Under the pieces are notes generated by a model. The model was not told the origin of the DNA. It saw nothing but the letters and a program-made list of their open reading frames with translations, and ran no database searches. The position numbers were made by a program, and so were the translations under genes. A DNA stretch of 64,000 nucleotides from Candidatus Woesearchaeota archaeon (GTDB taxonomy: Archaea; Nanobdellota; Nanobdellia; Woesearchaeales; UBA9989). How positions within the stretch are numbered: the stretch's first letter is position 1; the number at the start of each line of letters is the position of its first letter. The stretch spans positions 30,662-94,661 of the forward strand of contig DUKZ01000002.1 of the NCBI GenBank assembly GCA_013329045.1, given 5' to 3'. Shown in pieces: positions 38,365-47,547 of the stretch.

Positions 38365-39161
38365 TTTCTGCCCTCCGGTTCAACGAGTGCCTCAAGCTGT
38401 TTCATCTTTTGTTGGGTGATCTTCCCGCTTTTTCGGTCAATGATGTAGAGAGTATGATTATCGAGAGATTCTCCTTCACCTTCTGAAGTGATATTCGTCG
38501 TTTCCCCTTTCATCAGATGAAGGGTGTAATAATCCTTCATTTTTTTTGAGCGAGCAGCTGATGCATGATAACAAGAGACAACAATGATCTTATCCTGTCT
38601 TTTTGCATAGATGATAAGGTTCATCCCGGAAACATGTGATGCTCGCCCTGCAATCTCGCAGCATACTTTTTCAAGAGAGCGAGCATCAATGGCATCCGCG
38701 CTAAGCGCCCGATTAAAGTACGCCATGATAGTGTGTGAATCACTTTTTCCATTCTGTTCGAGTCCCTTGACCGTTCCATTATGCATCCCAACAATATTGT
38801 CAAGATCAATGGGTTGGATATTCTCCTCATTGCTATCACCTGTCGTTGAGAGTCTTGCATGCATCATGACAACATATGCACCGCCAGCTGCTTGTTCTAT
38901 TGCACCATCACCAACGCTATAGACCCCTCGTGTAAACTTTTTCCTGCGCTCTCCCTCATTATTCCTTGCGTATATTCCAAATCCATCGCTATGGATGAGC
39001 CGCGATGATTGGTCGTATTCGCTCGAGGCAGAAAAATCTCCATAAGTATAAGGTGTATACTTGCCAAGAGACATGTTTTTTAGGTGAGTTGCCTGTTTTC
39101 GTATGTCCTCTTTACCAAGAGTCATAGTATTGTGGCAAAACTGGAGTATCATTCTGCACAT
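38301..39161 (-). CDS. Class-II glutamine amidotransferase-like Ntn hydrolase (YafJ/EgtC type)
   Basis: Met-Cys start (MCRM...) as required for N-terminal nucleophile; GFGIY and class-II GATase-like core; acidic low-complexity tail; start overlaps upstream ligase gene by 50 nt. Confidence 0.55.
   Translation of the reverse strand: MCRMILQFCHNTMTLGKEDIRKQATHLKNMSLGKYTPYTYGDFSASSEYDQSSRLIHSDGFGIYARNNEGERRKKFTRGVYSVGDGAIEQAAGGAYVVMMHARLSTTGDSNEENIQPIDLDNIVGMHNGTVKGLEQNGKSDSHTIMAYFNRALSADAIDARSLEKVCCEIAGRASHVSGMNLIIYAKRQDKIIVVSCYHASAARSKKMKDYYTLHLMKGETTNITSEGEGESLDNHTLYIIDRKSGKITQQKMKQLEALVEPEGRNQDKEESGEEDAGGEEDAGEE
38306..38345. repeat. Tandem direct repeat (18-19 nt x2) CCCCAGCATCTTCTTCTCC
   Basis: Seen directly; encodes the low-complexity C-terminal tails of both convergent overlapping genes (Cas4-like and amidotransferase). 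Confidence 0.5.
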
Positions 39162-40245
39162 ATCGCCTCACCTCAGCATGGAATACATCCCTGATTGAAT
39201 GGTAAATGTCTGGTATTGATGTTCCTCGCTTGAATTGTTCTACCATGGCAGTAGCTGGTGGTCGTGGATCATCGAACAATGGATCGAGAAATTCCTGTTC
39301 CCCTGGTGGTAAGTGAGTATAGGCAAGGCAAAGAAGATTTCTTGTTCCTTGTTGATCAAATACTCCTTCGCTTCGGCAGATGGAGAACGTTTCATGCAGT
39401 AAAGGATAGGATGAGAGGAGGGGTGCACCATCCAAAGCAGCCATCACGAGCCCTTTGGTGAGTGCAGCAAGAGCAAGAGTGCGAGAGAGTGTTGGTTGTT
39501 TGTCCAAACTTCTAATCTCCGCTGCAACACCCCTCTGCGGCATTGGTCTCATGTACTTATAATAACTATTTGGGTGTTGAAATACAGGAAGTGATTCAAT
39601 CTCCCTGGCATATTCTTCAAGAGAAGAAAGAGCTTTAGGATACCCAGTAAGTCCAGGAAATTCGCTCACGGCCATATCGTAACTGTCAAGACGGGTCATG
39701 AACCGATAAACCTGTTGACCACGAAAGGGGGATGCAGCAGACAATCCCGTAAGGTAAGGCAGCACATTCCGAAATTGTTCATATAAGAAGAAAGCTTGCT
39801 CTTCATTCTCCGCCCCAATATTGATTTGGTCTGAGGCTACCCTTGGAGCATGAAATGAGAATGATGCACCAAGAACACGTTCAAGGAGTTGGTAACGGGG
39901 ATTTTCTCTTATGGTAAACTGTGCATCTAACAGGGGTATTGGTAAGAGCGATGCACCCTGAGACTCTGCAAGATCAATTGCTTGCCTTGTAAGTTCGACG
40001 AGCTCATCCCGAAGGGTGGTAAGTGATTTATGAGGGCTTGTCGCAATTTCGATTTGCTCCCTGGCAAGTTCTCCTTTGATGGGAGAAGATGCGGGCAATG
40101 GAAGATGGACTGGAGTAAGCGTTCTTTTATCTACAGTAAAAAGTTCCATCTCAAGACCAAACTTTACTCCTTCATAGGCCCCAACAAGGGTATAGGTGTC
40201 ATGGAAAAGTCCATCGCCTTTGATGTGGTAACATTTTTCTACCAT
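39112..40245 (-). CDS. Carboxylate-amine ligase, glutamate-cysteine ligase family 2 (YbdK/EgtA-like)
   Basis: GLEMELFTVD, HxH-type region, AASPF (GCS2 SANSPFW-like) motifs. Confidence 0.6.
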   Translation of the reverse strand: MVEKCYHIKGDGLFHDTYTLVGAYEGVKFGLEMELFTVDKRTLTPVHLPLPASSPIKGELAREQIEIATSPHKSLTTLRDELVELTRQAIDLAESQGASLLPIPLLDAQFTIRENPRYQLLERVLGASFSFHAPRVASDQINIGAENEEQAFFLYEQFRNVLPYLTGLSAASPFRGQQVYRFMTRLDSYDMAVSEFPGLTGYPKALSSLEEYAREIESLPVFQHPNSYYKYMRPMPQRGVAAEIRSLDKQPTLSRTLALAALTKGLVMAALDGAPLLSSYPLLHETFSICRSEGVFDQQGTRNLLCLAYTHLPPGEQEFLDPLFDDPRPPATAMVEQFKRGTSIPDIYHSIRDVFHAEVRRYVQNDTPVLPQYYDSW

Positions 40246-40338
40246 AAGTAATCACAAGAAAAGGAAGAAGGCAGGAGAACAAAAATATTGTGTCATAAAT
40301 AGATAAATTAATATATTTCTAGCATATTTTAGTTTATT

Positions 40339-41025
40339 ATGTCACAATTAGAACAAGGTTTTCGTCAATACATGAGCAGGCATCCGGAGATTTTGCGTTG
40401 TTGCAGCCAAGGGCTCATAAACAGGAGGTCTCTTGCCAGATATCTTATCAGGGTGGGAATCGCAAAGGGCAGTGAGATGGAAGCAGTCGTCGCTATGCTC
40501 CGCCGGTTCGATTTTGGCAAAGCAAAAAAAAGCACTCCATCACTATTTGATGATATGCGTGTCACAATCAAGGATAAGGTTATCATTCTTGATTTTCCAA
40601 AGGAGAAGGAATTGCTCGTCATGCTCCATGACCTAATCCTTTCAACAGCATTCGATAAAGGAGATACCCTCAAGGTTGTTATGGGAACACTTTCTTTTAA
40701 AGTGATCATTGATGAACAAAAGAAGAAATCATTTTCTTCGTTGATCAGGAAATTCTCTGCCCATACATACGCCGGGATTTCAGAGATGAGCCTTCTTTTT
40801 CCGGGTGAAGCTATTCAGGAGGCGGGGATCGTATCAACAATTACAACAGAATTGGCTGTGCATGAAATCAATATTATTGAGGTGCTCACCGCCACCCCGG
40901 AACTTTTGATATACCTTGAGGATAAGGATGTAGTTGAAGCATTTGAGGTTATTAAGGCTCTTTCATCGCAAGAAACAGTGAAGCCCACAGCATCCCCTCA
41001 TCAGACAAGTAGAGCGGGGTCCTGA
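40339..41025 (+). CDS. Hypothetical protein (228 aa)
   Basis: ORF with mixed alpha/beta composition; no motif recognised; 3' end overlaps convergent neighbour by 74 nt. Confidence 0.4.
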   Translation: MSQLEQGFRQYMSRHPEILRCCSQGLINRRSLARYLIRVGIAKGSEMEAVVAMLRRFDFGKAKKSTPSLFDDMRVTIKDKVIILDFPKEKELLVMLHDLILSTAFDKGDTLKVVMGTLSFKVIIDEQKKKSFSSLIRKFSAHTYAGISEMSLLFPGEAIQEAGIVSTITTELAVHEINIIEVLTATPELLIYLEDKDVVEAFEVIKALSSQETVKPTASPHQTSRAGS

Positions 41026-42058
41026 ATGGCTTTCCATCCGGGCTAAACACCTCAAGGAATGTCCCATGTTTTTCGATAAGTGCTGATATCCTCTTTTTGT
41101 GCTCTGCGAAGAGTTCCTTGTCTGTATCCTTGAGGATGTCCATGTACAGCATGCCGATATGCATCCAGATGGTGTTTTGTTCATAGCCTTCGACAAGCCG
41201 CTCTATGGCAAGCATCCGGGTTTCATTGCCAACTTTTGTATATTTTATTGGAAAGGGATCATCGAGCCCTTCCTTGTGGAGCCGGACAAGTGCTTTTTTC
41301 CGGATGGTCTTGTCCGTGATGGTGCCAGTCCAAAGCGGCATGATATTTGCATCTGCTGAGACATAATTTTTTCCTGAAAGGTCATCCCTAAAAAATTCTC
41401 CGTTCCAGAACGCTCCCTTGATCATCGCCGGATAATCATATTTCCGGAAAGGATTGAGGAGGTTTGTCTTCTCGATTTCTTCTGAGAGCACTGCAAGCAT
41501 GACATTGTTATAACAGGAGCTTTGCCGCTTTGAGTAATCTTTTATGGAAGCAAATTGTTTGCGGTTGACAAGTCCTGTTTCTTTGTTGAGGACAAGAGAT
41601 GCGAACCGCTTGATCTCATCATTGAGAAAGTCCCGGTATTTTGCGGTGAGGTGTGATGCATCCGCATGATTGAGGCTTCTGAGGAGGAAAGCTAAGGAGT
41701 CAGGCGAATACGTTGGAAAGTCAAACGGCTTATGGCTCGGGGTGATTGCTGTAGTGACCCGGTCATACTTCGAGAAGATGGCAAGGGCATAGTCTAGTGT
41801 CTTGATCACTTCTTTTTCATACCCGAGCTGGAGGAGGGAATCCGTGCACCACCCAAAATCCCTTGTCCAGAACATGCAAAAATGTCCCGTGGATGTTTGG
41901 AAGAATTGCTCATTCCAGCACTCATCGATGACCTGCCTGCATATCTGTGCAGCATTTCCTTTGTAGCGTTTGAAGCCTTTCTTTTTTGCTCGCCGGACGC
42001 GCCTGAAGATGCGAATTCCCTCAGAGAGGTGCACAAGATAATCCATTGGGTTGCCCAT
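40952..42058 (-). CDS. Putative (alpha/alpha)6-barrel glycoside hydrolase-like protein
   Basis: Aromatic-W-x-RD segment (HFCMFWTRDFGW) reminiscent of GH15/GH63/GDE families; otherwise unassigned. Confidence 0.3.
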   Translation of the reverse strand: MGNPMDYLVHLSEGIRIFRRVRRAKKKGFKRYKGNAAQICRQVIDECWNEQFFQTSTGHFCMFWTRDFGWCTDSLLQLGYEKEVIKTLDYALAIFSKYDRVTTAITPSHKPFDFPTYSPDSLAFLLRSLNHADASHLTAKYRDFLNDEIKRFASLVLNKETGLVNRKQFASIKDYSKRQSSCYNNVMLAVLSEEIEKTNLLNPFRKYDYPAMIKGAFWNGEFFRDDLSGKNYVSADANIMPLWTGTITDKTIRKKALVRLHKEGLDDPFPIKYTKVGNETRMLAIERLVEGYEQNTIWMHIGMLYMDILKDTDKELFAEHKKRISALIEKHGTFLEVFSPDGKPFRTPLYLSDEGMLWASLFLAMKEP

Positions 42059-42110
42059 TGGTTGAAGGATATAAATAAGTTGCGATTATTCTGACGAGTA
42101 ATTTGGCAGC

Positions 42111-42773
42111 TTAGAAAAGGTCAGAAAAAGACGCTGCACCTGGTTTAGCAGGAAGAGATGATTGTTTTGGTGGATGATCAGGGCGAGATATCACAGTGGG
42201 TTGATGTCGGGTGATACCTATCCTTTTTATTGCAACAGGTTCAAGCTCAACGGCATCGAATTTTATTGTATAGCCATTTTTCCGATAAAAATGGACAGGA
42301 GCAATAGGATCATATGTTTCCCCGATTGCATCAATCATGATCCATGCATCATCACACAGTTCTCCTGATTCCACTCGAAGGGCATATTCTTGTCCGAGGA
42401 GCACTTCAGCTAGCCAGAGGAGGTAGGAGCCAAAGCCACGCCATTTGTTTCTCATGGCAGGTTCAATACAAATAGCATCCATATTGAAGGGTAATTGACA
42501 CCCGGAGGGTAAAAGCTCGAGGCCAGGTGCTGAATCATCTTGGAGAACCATTGTATAGGAGATTGGCACGTGTTCTTCGAGCAGTGGTGTGACCCTCATG
42601 ACAGCAATACCAGAAAACTGAAAGTACCCAATGCCTGTTCCATCAGTATCAAGGACGATTGTATGATAACAATGCCGATAAGTGTAGTGGAGTGTCACAT
42701 CTCCAAATGCGGGCAGAAGAATATCTAGTCGGGTAGTGCCTTGTTCAAGGTTTACCAGTCGGTCGAGGGTCAT
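42111..42773 (-). CDS. GNAT-family N-acetyltransferase-like protein
   Basis: Motif-A-like RNKWRGFGSYLL; ends 3 nt from tRNA. Confidence 0.5.
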   Translation of the reverse strand: MTLDRLVNLEQGTTRLDILLPAFGDVTLHYTYRHCYHTIVLDTDGTGIGYFQFSGIAVMRVTPLLEEHVPISYTMVLQDDSAPGLELLPSGCQLPFNMDAICIEPAMRNKWRGFGSYLLWLAEVLLGQEYALRVESGELCDDAWIMIDAIGETYDPIAPVHFYRKNGYTIKFDAVELEPVAIKRIGITRHQPTVISRPDHPPKQSSLPAKPGAASFSDLF

Positions 42774-42775
42774 AG

Positions 42776-42864
42776 CGCGCCTGAAGGGATTCGAACCCTC
42801 GGCCTACTGCTCTCACCATACCATATAGGAGGCAGTCGCTCTATCCAAGCTGAGCTACAGGCGC
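42776..42864 (-). tRNA. tRNA-Arg (anticodon CCU) with 14-nt canonical-position intron
   Basis: Cloverleaf: acceptor GCGCCTG/CAGGCGC, D-arm GCTC-AGCTTGGATA-GAGC, anticodon stem ACTGC/GCAGT, loop CU-CCU-A|intron TATGGTATGGTGAG (42812-42825)|A, T-arm GAGGG-TTCGAAT-CCCTT, discriminator G; no encoded CCA. Confidence 0.8.
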
Positions 42865-42888
42865 ATTGCATTCAAATAATAAGAAATG

Positions 42889-42899
42889 CTTTAAAAAGG
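42889..42899 (-). promoter_or_regulatory. TATA-like box (CTTTTTAAAG) about 30 bp upstream of tRNA-Arg
   Basis: Same CTTTTTAAA motif about 30 bp upstream of the second tRNA at 51619-51631. Confidence 0.3.
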
Positions 42900-43061
42900 T
42901 TATGAAGACAGGGGCTCTGTAGAAAATAAGTGCCTTTCTGCCGAGCTCACTCAAGAATGAAGCAAGTGCGTCGCGAGGGGTAGCTTCCATCCGGGAACGC
43001 AGCACCTTTCCGTAAATGGTCGAGAGTTGAGCTGGCACCTGTCGAACGAAGTGAGACTTGT

Positions 43062-44351
43062 CTACAGAGCCAAAGACGGGGTGGGTGAATATTTCACTTC
43101 ATGCTGGACAAGCTGCTCTCTAGTTCCTCGATATGTGATGACTACTAACTCCCCATCAGGTTTCAGGAGGACAGCTGGCGCTTCGCCATGGGAGTTATAG
43201 TCATGTGGTGCCATTGAATCGCAATATGCTCCTGTATCATGCTGGACTATGAGATCTCCACGTGTAGGTGTCCTCATCCTTTCCCTTCTCAGCCGGTTTG
43301 GATCATTTTTCCTCACTGTTAGTGCATCTCCGCTCTCACATGCCGGCCCAACAACAAAGGTGCTGGTCATCTCCCGCCCATCATCCTCGGGAACAAGCGT
43401 GAGATGATGCCGTGCCCCATACATGCAGACTCGGGCATTTTCTGTCATCCCTATATCAGTGATTGTATGATTGTAGTCAATCCCATTGTCGGGATCATGC
43501 TTATGGCGGAAATGGTGAACCCTGCCGATGAGAATGCCGCCCCTGGCAATAAGGTATGTTCCAGGTTCTATCTCGATGCGCAATCGTCTGCCGCTTCTCT
43601 CCTGATATGCTTCAAATACCTCATAGGCGTCCCTCGCACATTCTTCCATATCCATCGTTTTTTCGTCATGCCACCTGCTTCTTTTGAAACCGCCGCCAAG
43701 GTTGAGCGTGTGCACGTCAGGGAATGCGTCAGCATGTTCAAGCATGATCCGGACATTTCTCTTCCATACTTGTGGGTCGCTTCCCGATCCGATATGTGAA
43801 TGCAACCGTACAACACGAAGGCCAAGCGCTCGTGACCTTTCAAGGATTTCCGGTATCTCTGTATGCCACATGCCAAAGGAAGAACCATATCCCCCGGTTG
43901 TAGTTTTCGGCGTTCCTCCAGAGCCTTCGCCGAAATTGATCCTGACTGTGATGTCCTTTCCTCCTGCTGCCGCTATTTGTTCAAGATGGTCGAGATGACC
44001 AGCATTTGGATTCATCCCTCTGGTTATGTAGTCAGCAAGTTCCTCCTGAGGGGGAAGAATCTGGCAGGTGAGTAAGACATGGCTGAGTTCTATATCGGCA
44101 CGTTCAGCCCGCCATACTTCATTGCCATCGCTAGAGTCAATATGAAGTCCAAGATTGTTAAAAAGCCTGAGCAACGCTTCAAGTGAATTGGCTTTCATCG
44201 CATAGCGAAGGGTAAACCTCTCTTCGCCAAAAACCCGTTCAAATGCTCGGGCATCATAAACATCTTCTTCTATGACCTTTTGGTTGTAAAGGTATGCTGG
44301 TGTGCCGACAAGATCAGCAACTGCTCTGATAATCTTTGGTGTCGCAATCAT
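43062..44351 (-). CDS. PLP-dependent fold-III decarboxylase (Orn/DAP/Arg decarboxylase family; diaminopimelate decarboxylase-like)
   Basis: YAMKANS (PLP lysine), LNLGGGF, EPGTYL, CESGD motifs; start set at MIATPK after GGGGGT SD (ORF-track start further upstream is unlikely). Confidence 0.7.
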   Translation of the reverse strand: MIATPKIIRAVADLVGTPAYLYNQKVIEEDVYDARAFERVFGEERFTLRYAMKANSLEALLRLFNNLGLHIDSSDGNEVWRAERADIELSHVLLTCQILPPQEELADYITRGMNPNAGHLDHLEQIAAAGGKDITVRINFGEGSGGTPKTTTGGYGSSFGMWHTEIPEILERSRALGLRVVRLHSHIGSGSDPQVWKRNVRIMLEHADAFPDVHTLNLGGGFKRSRWHDEKTMDMEECARDAYEVFEAYQERSGRRLRIEIEPGTYLIARGGILIGRVHHFRHKHDPDNGIDYNHTITDIGMTENARVCMYGARHHLTLVPEDDGREMTSTFVVGPACESGDALTVRKNDPNRLRRERMRTPTRGDLIVQHDTGAYCDSMAPHDYNSHGEAPAVLLKPDGELVVITYRGTREQLVQHEVKYSPTPSLAL

Positions 44352-44439
44352 GGTAGTTACCCCCAATTCCAAGAGAACGGATAATTCATAAAGATTTTGG
44401 GTTTGTATCGATATCTTTTTATCATTAGAGTCTTTTCCC

Positions 44440-45429
44440 ATGATCATGTACATCATCAAGCACATTCCGGAGGATTTTGTCGTCAAGGAATATTTCATCC
44501 CGGTCTTCTCCCCGCAGGGCCCCTATGCCATTGCAACCCTCCTGAAAAGGGATATGACAACAATCGATGCCATTGAAAAGATCGCAAAGGCTGTCCATGT
44601 CCATCCAAACAATATCGGTTTTGCGGGAAACAAGGACAAGAGGGCTCTCACGACGCAGACAATCTCGCTGTTGAACGCTTCAAGGAGGTCAATAGAGGAA
44701 TTCACAAACAAAGATATCTCTTTGCAGTATCTTGGCCAGGCAGCAGAACAAATAACTCTTGGAGCGCATAAAGGAAATACGTTCACCATCATTGTCAGGT
44801 CCCTCACAGAAGAAACATTGGAAAGGATGGGGAAGAACAGGACAAAAAGGTTTGTCAACACATTTGGCCCGCAGCGTTTTTCCCTTGACAACGCAAAAGT
44901 GGGCAAGCACATCATCAAGAAGGAGTTCAAGGAAGCAGTAGAGCTCCTGAGTAAGCATCCGGGAAGATTAGAGGAGAGCATCAGGCAGCATATCAAGCAA
45001 CACCCAAATGACGCGATAGGAGCGCTGCAAACGCTTCCAAGAAGGATATTGATGTTATACATTGTTTCTTATCAAAGTTATTTATGGAATATTTTTGCAG
45101 CCCATTTCAAGAACCACTCCACGAATCTTTCAATCCCGCTTGTCGGCTTTGACACCCAATTGGTCAACGAGGAAGTAAAAGCATTTGTCCTGCAGGTGAT
45201 GGAGAGGGAAGGGGTCTCTTTCAGGGATTTTCTCATCCGCCAGCTCACGAATATGAGCATTGCCGGCACAACAAGGTCATTATTTATGGAAGTGAAGAAC
45301 TTTGACATCAGCGTTCCGGAGAAAGATGAGACCGCTGTTGGAAGAAAAAAGGTAAAACTGGAATTCTATTTGGGAAAAGGGTCATATGCAACAGAATTAG
45401 TCAGGCAGGTATTTGGACAGGATGGTTAA
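44440..45429 (+). CDS. truD: tRNA pseudouridine synthase TruD/Pus7 family
   Basis: PEDFVVKE N-terminus, catalytic GFAGNKDKRALTTQ motif. Confidence 0.7.
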   Translation: MIMYIIKHIPEDFVVKEYFIPVFSPQGPYAIATLLKRDMTTIDAIEKIAKAVHVHPNNIGFAGNKDKRALTTQTISLLNASRRSIEEFTNKDISLQYLGQAAEQITLGAHKGNTFTIIVRSLTEETLERMGKNRTKRFVNTFGPQRFSLDNAKVGKHIIKKEFKEAVELLSKHPGRLEESIRQHIKQHPNDAIGALQTLPRRILMLYIVSYQSYLWNIFAAHFKNHSTNLSIPLVGFDTQLVNEEVKAFVLQVMEREGVSFRDFLIRQLTNMSIAGTTRSLFMEVKNFDISVPEKDETAVGRKKVKLEFYLGKGSYATELVRQVFGQDG

Positions 45430-45488
45430 TTACTCATAGAGGGTAAATTATACAAATTTTTATAAAGAAGGGGTGCTCTGAACGGTTC

Positions 45489-46388
45489 ATGACATACCAG
45501 TCGCTTGAAAGCACCATTGAAATATTGGCTGCAGGAAGGCAAGAGTTCCTCACGCGCCGCGCAGAAGATGTCATCGGCCAGGGAAAAGGGAAAGAAGACA
45601 CCTTACGCTTTGATAATTTCTTTGAAGATTTATTGATTAGAGGGATCGGCCGGGGAGAGGCGGTCGTTCTGGTAAGTGAAGAGTGTGGCAAGTATGTCCC
45701 CTCAGGAAATACTGTCCCTCCCTTCGCAGACAATTCACTGACCCTCATTGTTGATCCTGTCGATATGAGCGACCCGTTGGATGAGATGCTCAAGCACAAA
45801 TCAGGGACTGTCCAGGCAGTATTTGATAAACAGCCAAGATCCCACCTGAATGCTCCTGTCGTCTCAGTCACTGCCATTCAAGACAGGGGCATCTTATATA
45901 CGCTCATGATGAATATTATTACCGGTGACTTTTACACTGCATCCCAAGAAGGATTGCAGTGGCAAAGAGCTGCAAATGGCCTAATCATCGATTCTGTCCC
46001 GATAGGCATTGCACAAAACGATGCGCAAACCGTAGTAGCATATACCGGTAAGCAAAAATACGTTGATGCAGTTACTGCTCTTGGATACACCGATGTGGTG
46101 CATGCTGAAGAAGGGCCGCACAGGGTATTATACTTGACAAGCTTGAATGATTCTGGAAGAACTATTGGTGGTGTTGTGTCTGGTGATGAGAAAGTTGCAG
46201 AATGGCTTCCCTGGATTGGTTTTGAACATTTTTCTGGGGGAAAGCTTGTTTCCTGGATTAGGGATCCCACGTTTTACAATCCTGCAACAGGAGAATGCAA
46301 TCTTCAGGCATTCTCAGAACTCAAGAACCCTTCTCTTTATCGGGGAGATGTTGTCGTTGCCCTGCCGGGATGCAGGCTGCCAGAATGA
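45489..46388 (+). CDS. Hypothetical protein, weak similarity to inositol-monophosphatase/FBPase-type sugar phosphatases
   Basis: VSEECG and LIVDPVDMSD resemble IMPase EE and DPIDGT motifs; low confidence. Confidence 0.3.
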   Translation: MTYQSLESTIEILAAGRQEFLTRRAEDVIGQGKGKEDTLRFDNFFEDLLIRGIGRGEAVVLVSEECGKYVPSGNTVPPFADNSLTLIVDPVDMSDPLDEMLKHKSGTVQAVFDKQPRSHLNAPVVSVTAIQDRGILYTLMMNIITGDFYTASQEGLQWQRAANGLIIDSVPIGIAQNDAQTVVAYTGKQKYVDAVTALGYTDVVHAEEGPHRVLYLTSLNDSGRTIGGVVSGDEKVAEWLPWIGFEHFSGGKLVSWIRDPTFYNPATGECNLQAFSELKNPSLYRGDVVVALPGCRLPE

Positions 46389-47000
46389 TCATGCAATCTT
46401 CTGCATGATTGCATTCACATTTTTTGCAACGTTCTCTATCGTTTGCTCCCCATTTACTTCTCTCAAGATGCCCTTTTTCTTGTAGAAATCAATAAGCGGC
46501 GCCGTGCTTTTTCGATAGACTGCTAATCTGTCTTTAACAACGTTTTCCCGATCATCTTCCCGCTGGACGACATGCATCCCTTTTGGCGGAGGGTTTGTGT
46601 AAATGTTGTATGTCTGCTGCGTGATAGGGTTTGTCCTTCTCCCGGATAATCTTTTGATGATGGCATCATCCGGACAGTTGATGTAGAGCGAGAGATTTGG
46701 TGAGAGGTTGATCTTCTCCAGGTCTTCTGCCTGTTTTATCGTGCGGGGAAATCCATCGAGGATGAAATTTTTCTTCCCTTTGACCGCGTCTTTGATGATG
46801 CCAATCATGATCTCATCATTGACTAATTGTCCTGAACCAATGATTGCCTTTGCCTGTTTTCCAAGCATCGTTCCCTTCCTGATGTTCTCGCGAAGGATAT
46901 TGCCTGTAGAAATATGAGCTAAGTGATAATCCTTGACTAATGTTTCTGCTTGTGTTCCTTTTCCAGATCCTGGAGGGCCAAGTAAGACAATTCTAACCAA
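46389..47000 (-). CDS. adk: Adenylate kinase, bacterial-type
   Basis: GPPGSGKGTQ P-loop, LDGFPRT, LSGRRTNP LID region; only TTG start candidates (47000 or 47009) precede the P-loop; ORF-track N-terminal 100 aa overlaps upstream gene and is rejected. Confidence 0.75.
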   Translation of the reverse strand: MVRIVLLGPPGSGKGTQAETLVKDYHLAHISTGNILRENIRKGTMLGKQAKAIIGSGQLVNDEIMIGIIKDAVKGKKNFILDGFPRTIKQAEDLEKINLSPNLSLYINCPDDAIIKRLSGRRTNPITQQTYNIYTNPPPKGMHVVQREDDRENVVKDRLAVYRKSTAPLIDFYKKKGILREVNGEQTIENVAKNVNAIMQKIA

Positions 47001-47451
47001 AGTATTCAACCTGGTATTTTTGCTGGATGTTGGAAGACCACCCTTGGGTGAGCCGTTGGGTGATGACACGAAGGGCTGTTTTGATGTCTGGCCATTGATG
47101 CCATACTTCCCGGATAAACGCGGCATCAACTTTTTCGGAAAATGCCAGCGCGTTGTTCTGCCCCATCCTGATGAGCGCCATGATATCTTTATAGGTGCGA
47201 AATGCCCTGCCCAGGTCATCCTTGCTGAGGAATTTTCCTTCATAAAAGGCAGACACTTTTTGGTCGGGTGAGAGCACTCCTTCAAGGAGGCAGGCATGCC
47301 CTCCTAGCTGGTCTATCATTCTGTTCCTCACCTCCCGGAGGGGGAAGAGGAATTTCTCGATAGCATCAATCTCGAACTCTTTGTTCATATCGTCAAATGG
47401 TGGCAGGTCGTATTGCTTTTGGAGGGCTAGGTATTCTTTCTTTATGGCCAT
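46993..47451 (-). CDS. Hypothetical protein (152 aa)
   Basis: Start MAIKKEY after GGGGGAG SD; ends overlapping adk start. Confidence 0.4.
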   Translation of the reverse strand: MAIKKEYLALQKQYDLPPFDDMNKEFEIDAIEKFLFPLREVRNRMIDQLGGHACLLEGVLSPDQKVSAFYEGKFLSKDDLGRAFRTYKDIMALIRMGQNNALAFSEKVDAAFIREVWHQWPDIKTALRVITQRLTQGWSSNIQQKYQVEYFG

Positions 47452-47547
47452 GCACTCCCCCTGCCTCATAAGGTTTAAAAAGGTGATTGTTATGGAGTAG
47501 ATATATTTTTCCACCAGCTTTTTAAACAATCCTTTTCTCCTCTCTGG

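Noticed and set aside
46998-47297. ORF-track N-terminal 100 aa of the adenylate kinase ORF (46389-47297)
   Set aside because: This extension overlaps the C-terminal coding region of gene 46993-47451 in another frame, is Ser/Pro/Gly-rich, and precedes the P-loop by about 100 residues, unlike any Adk.
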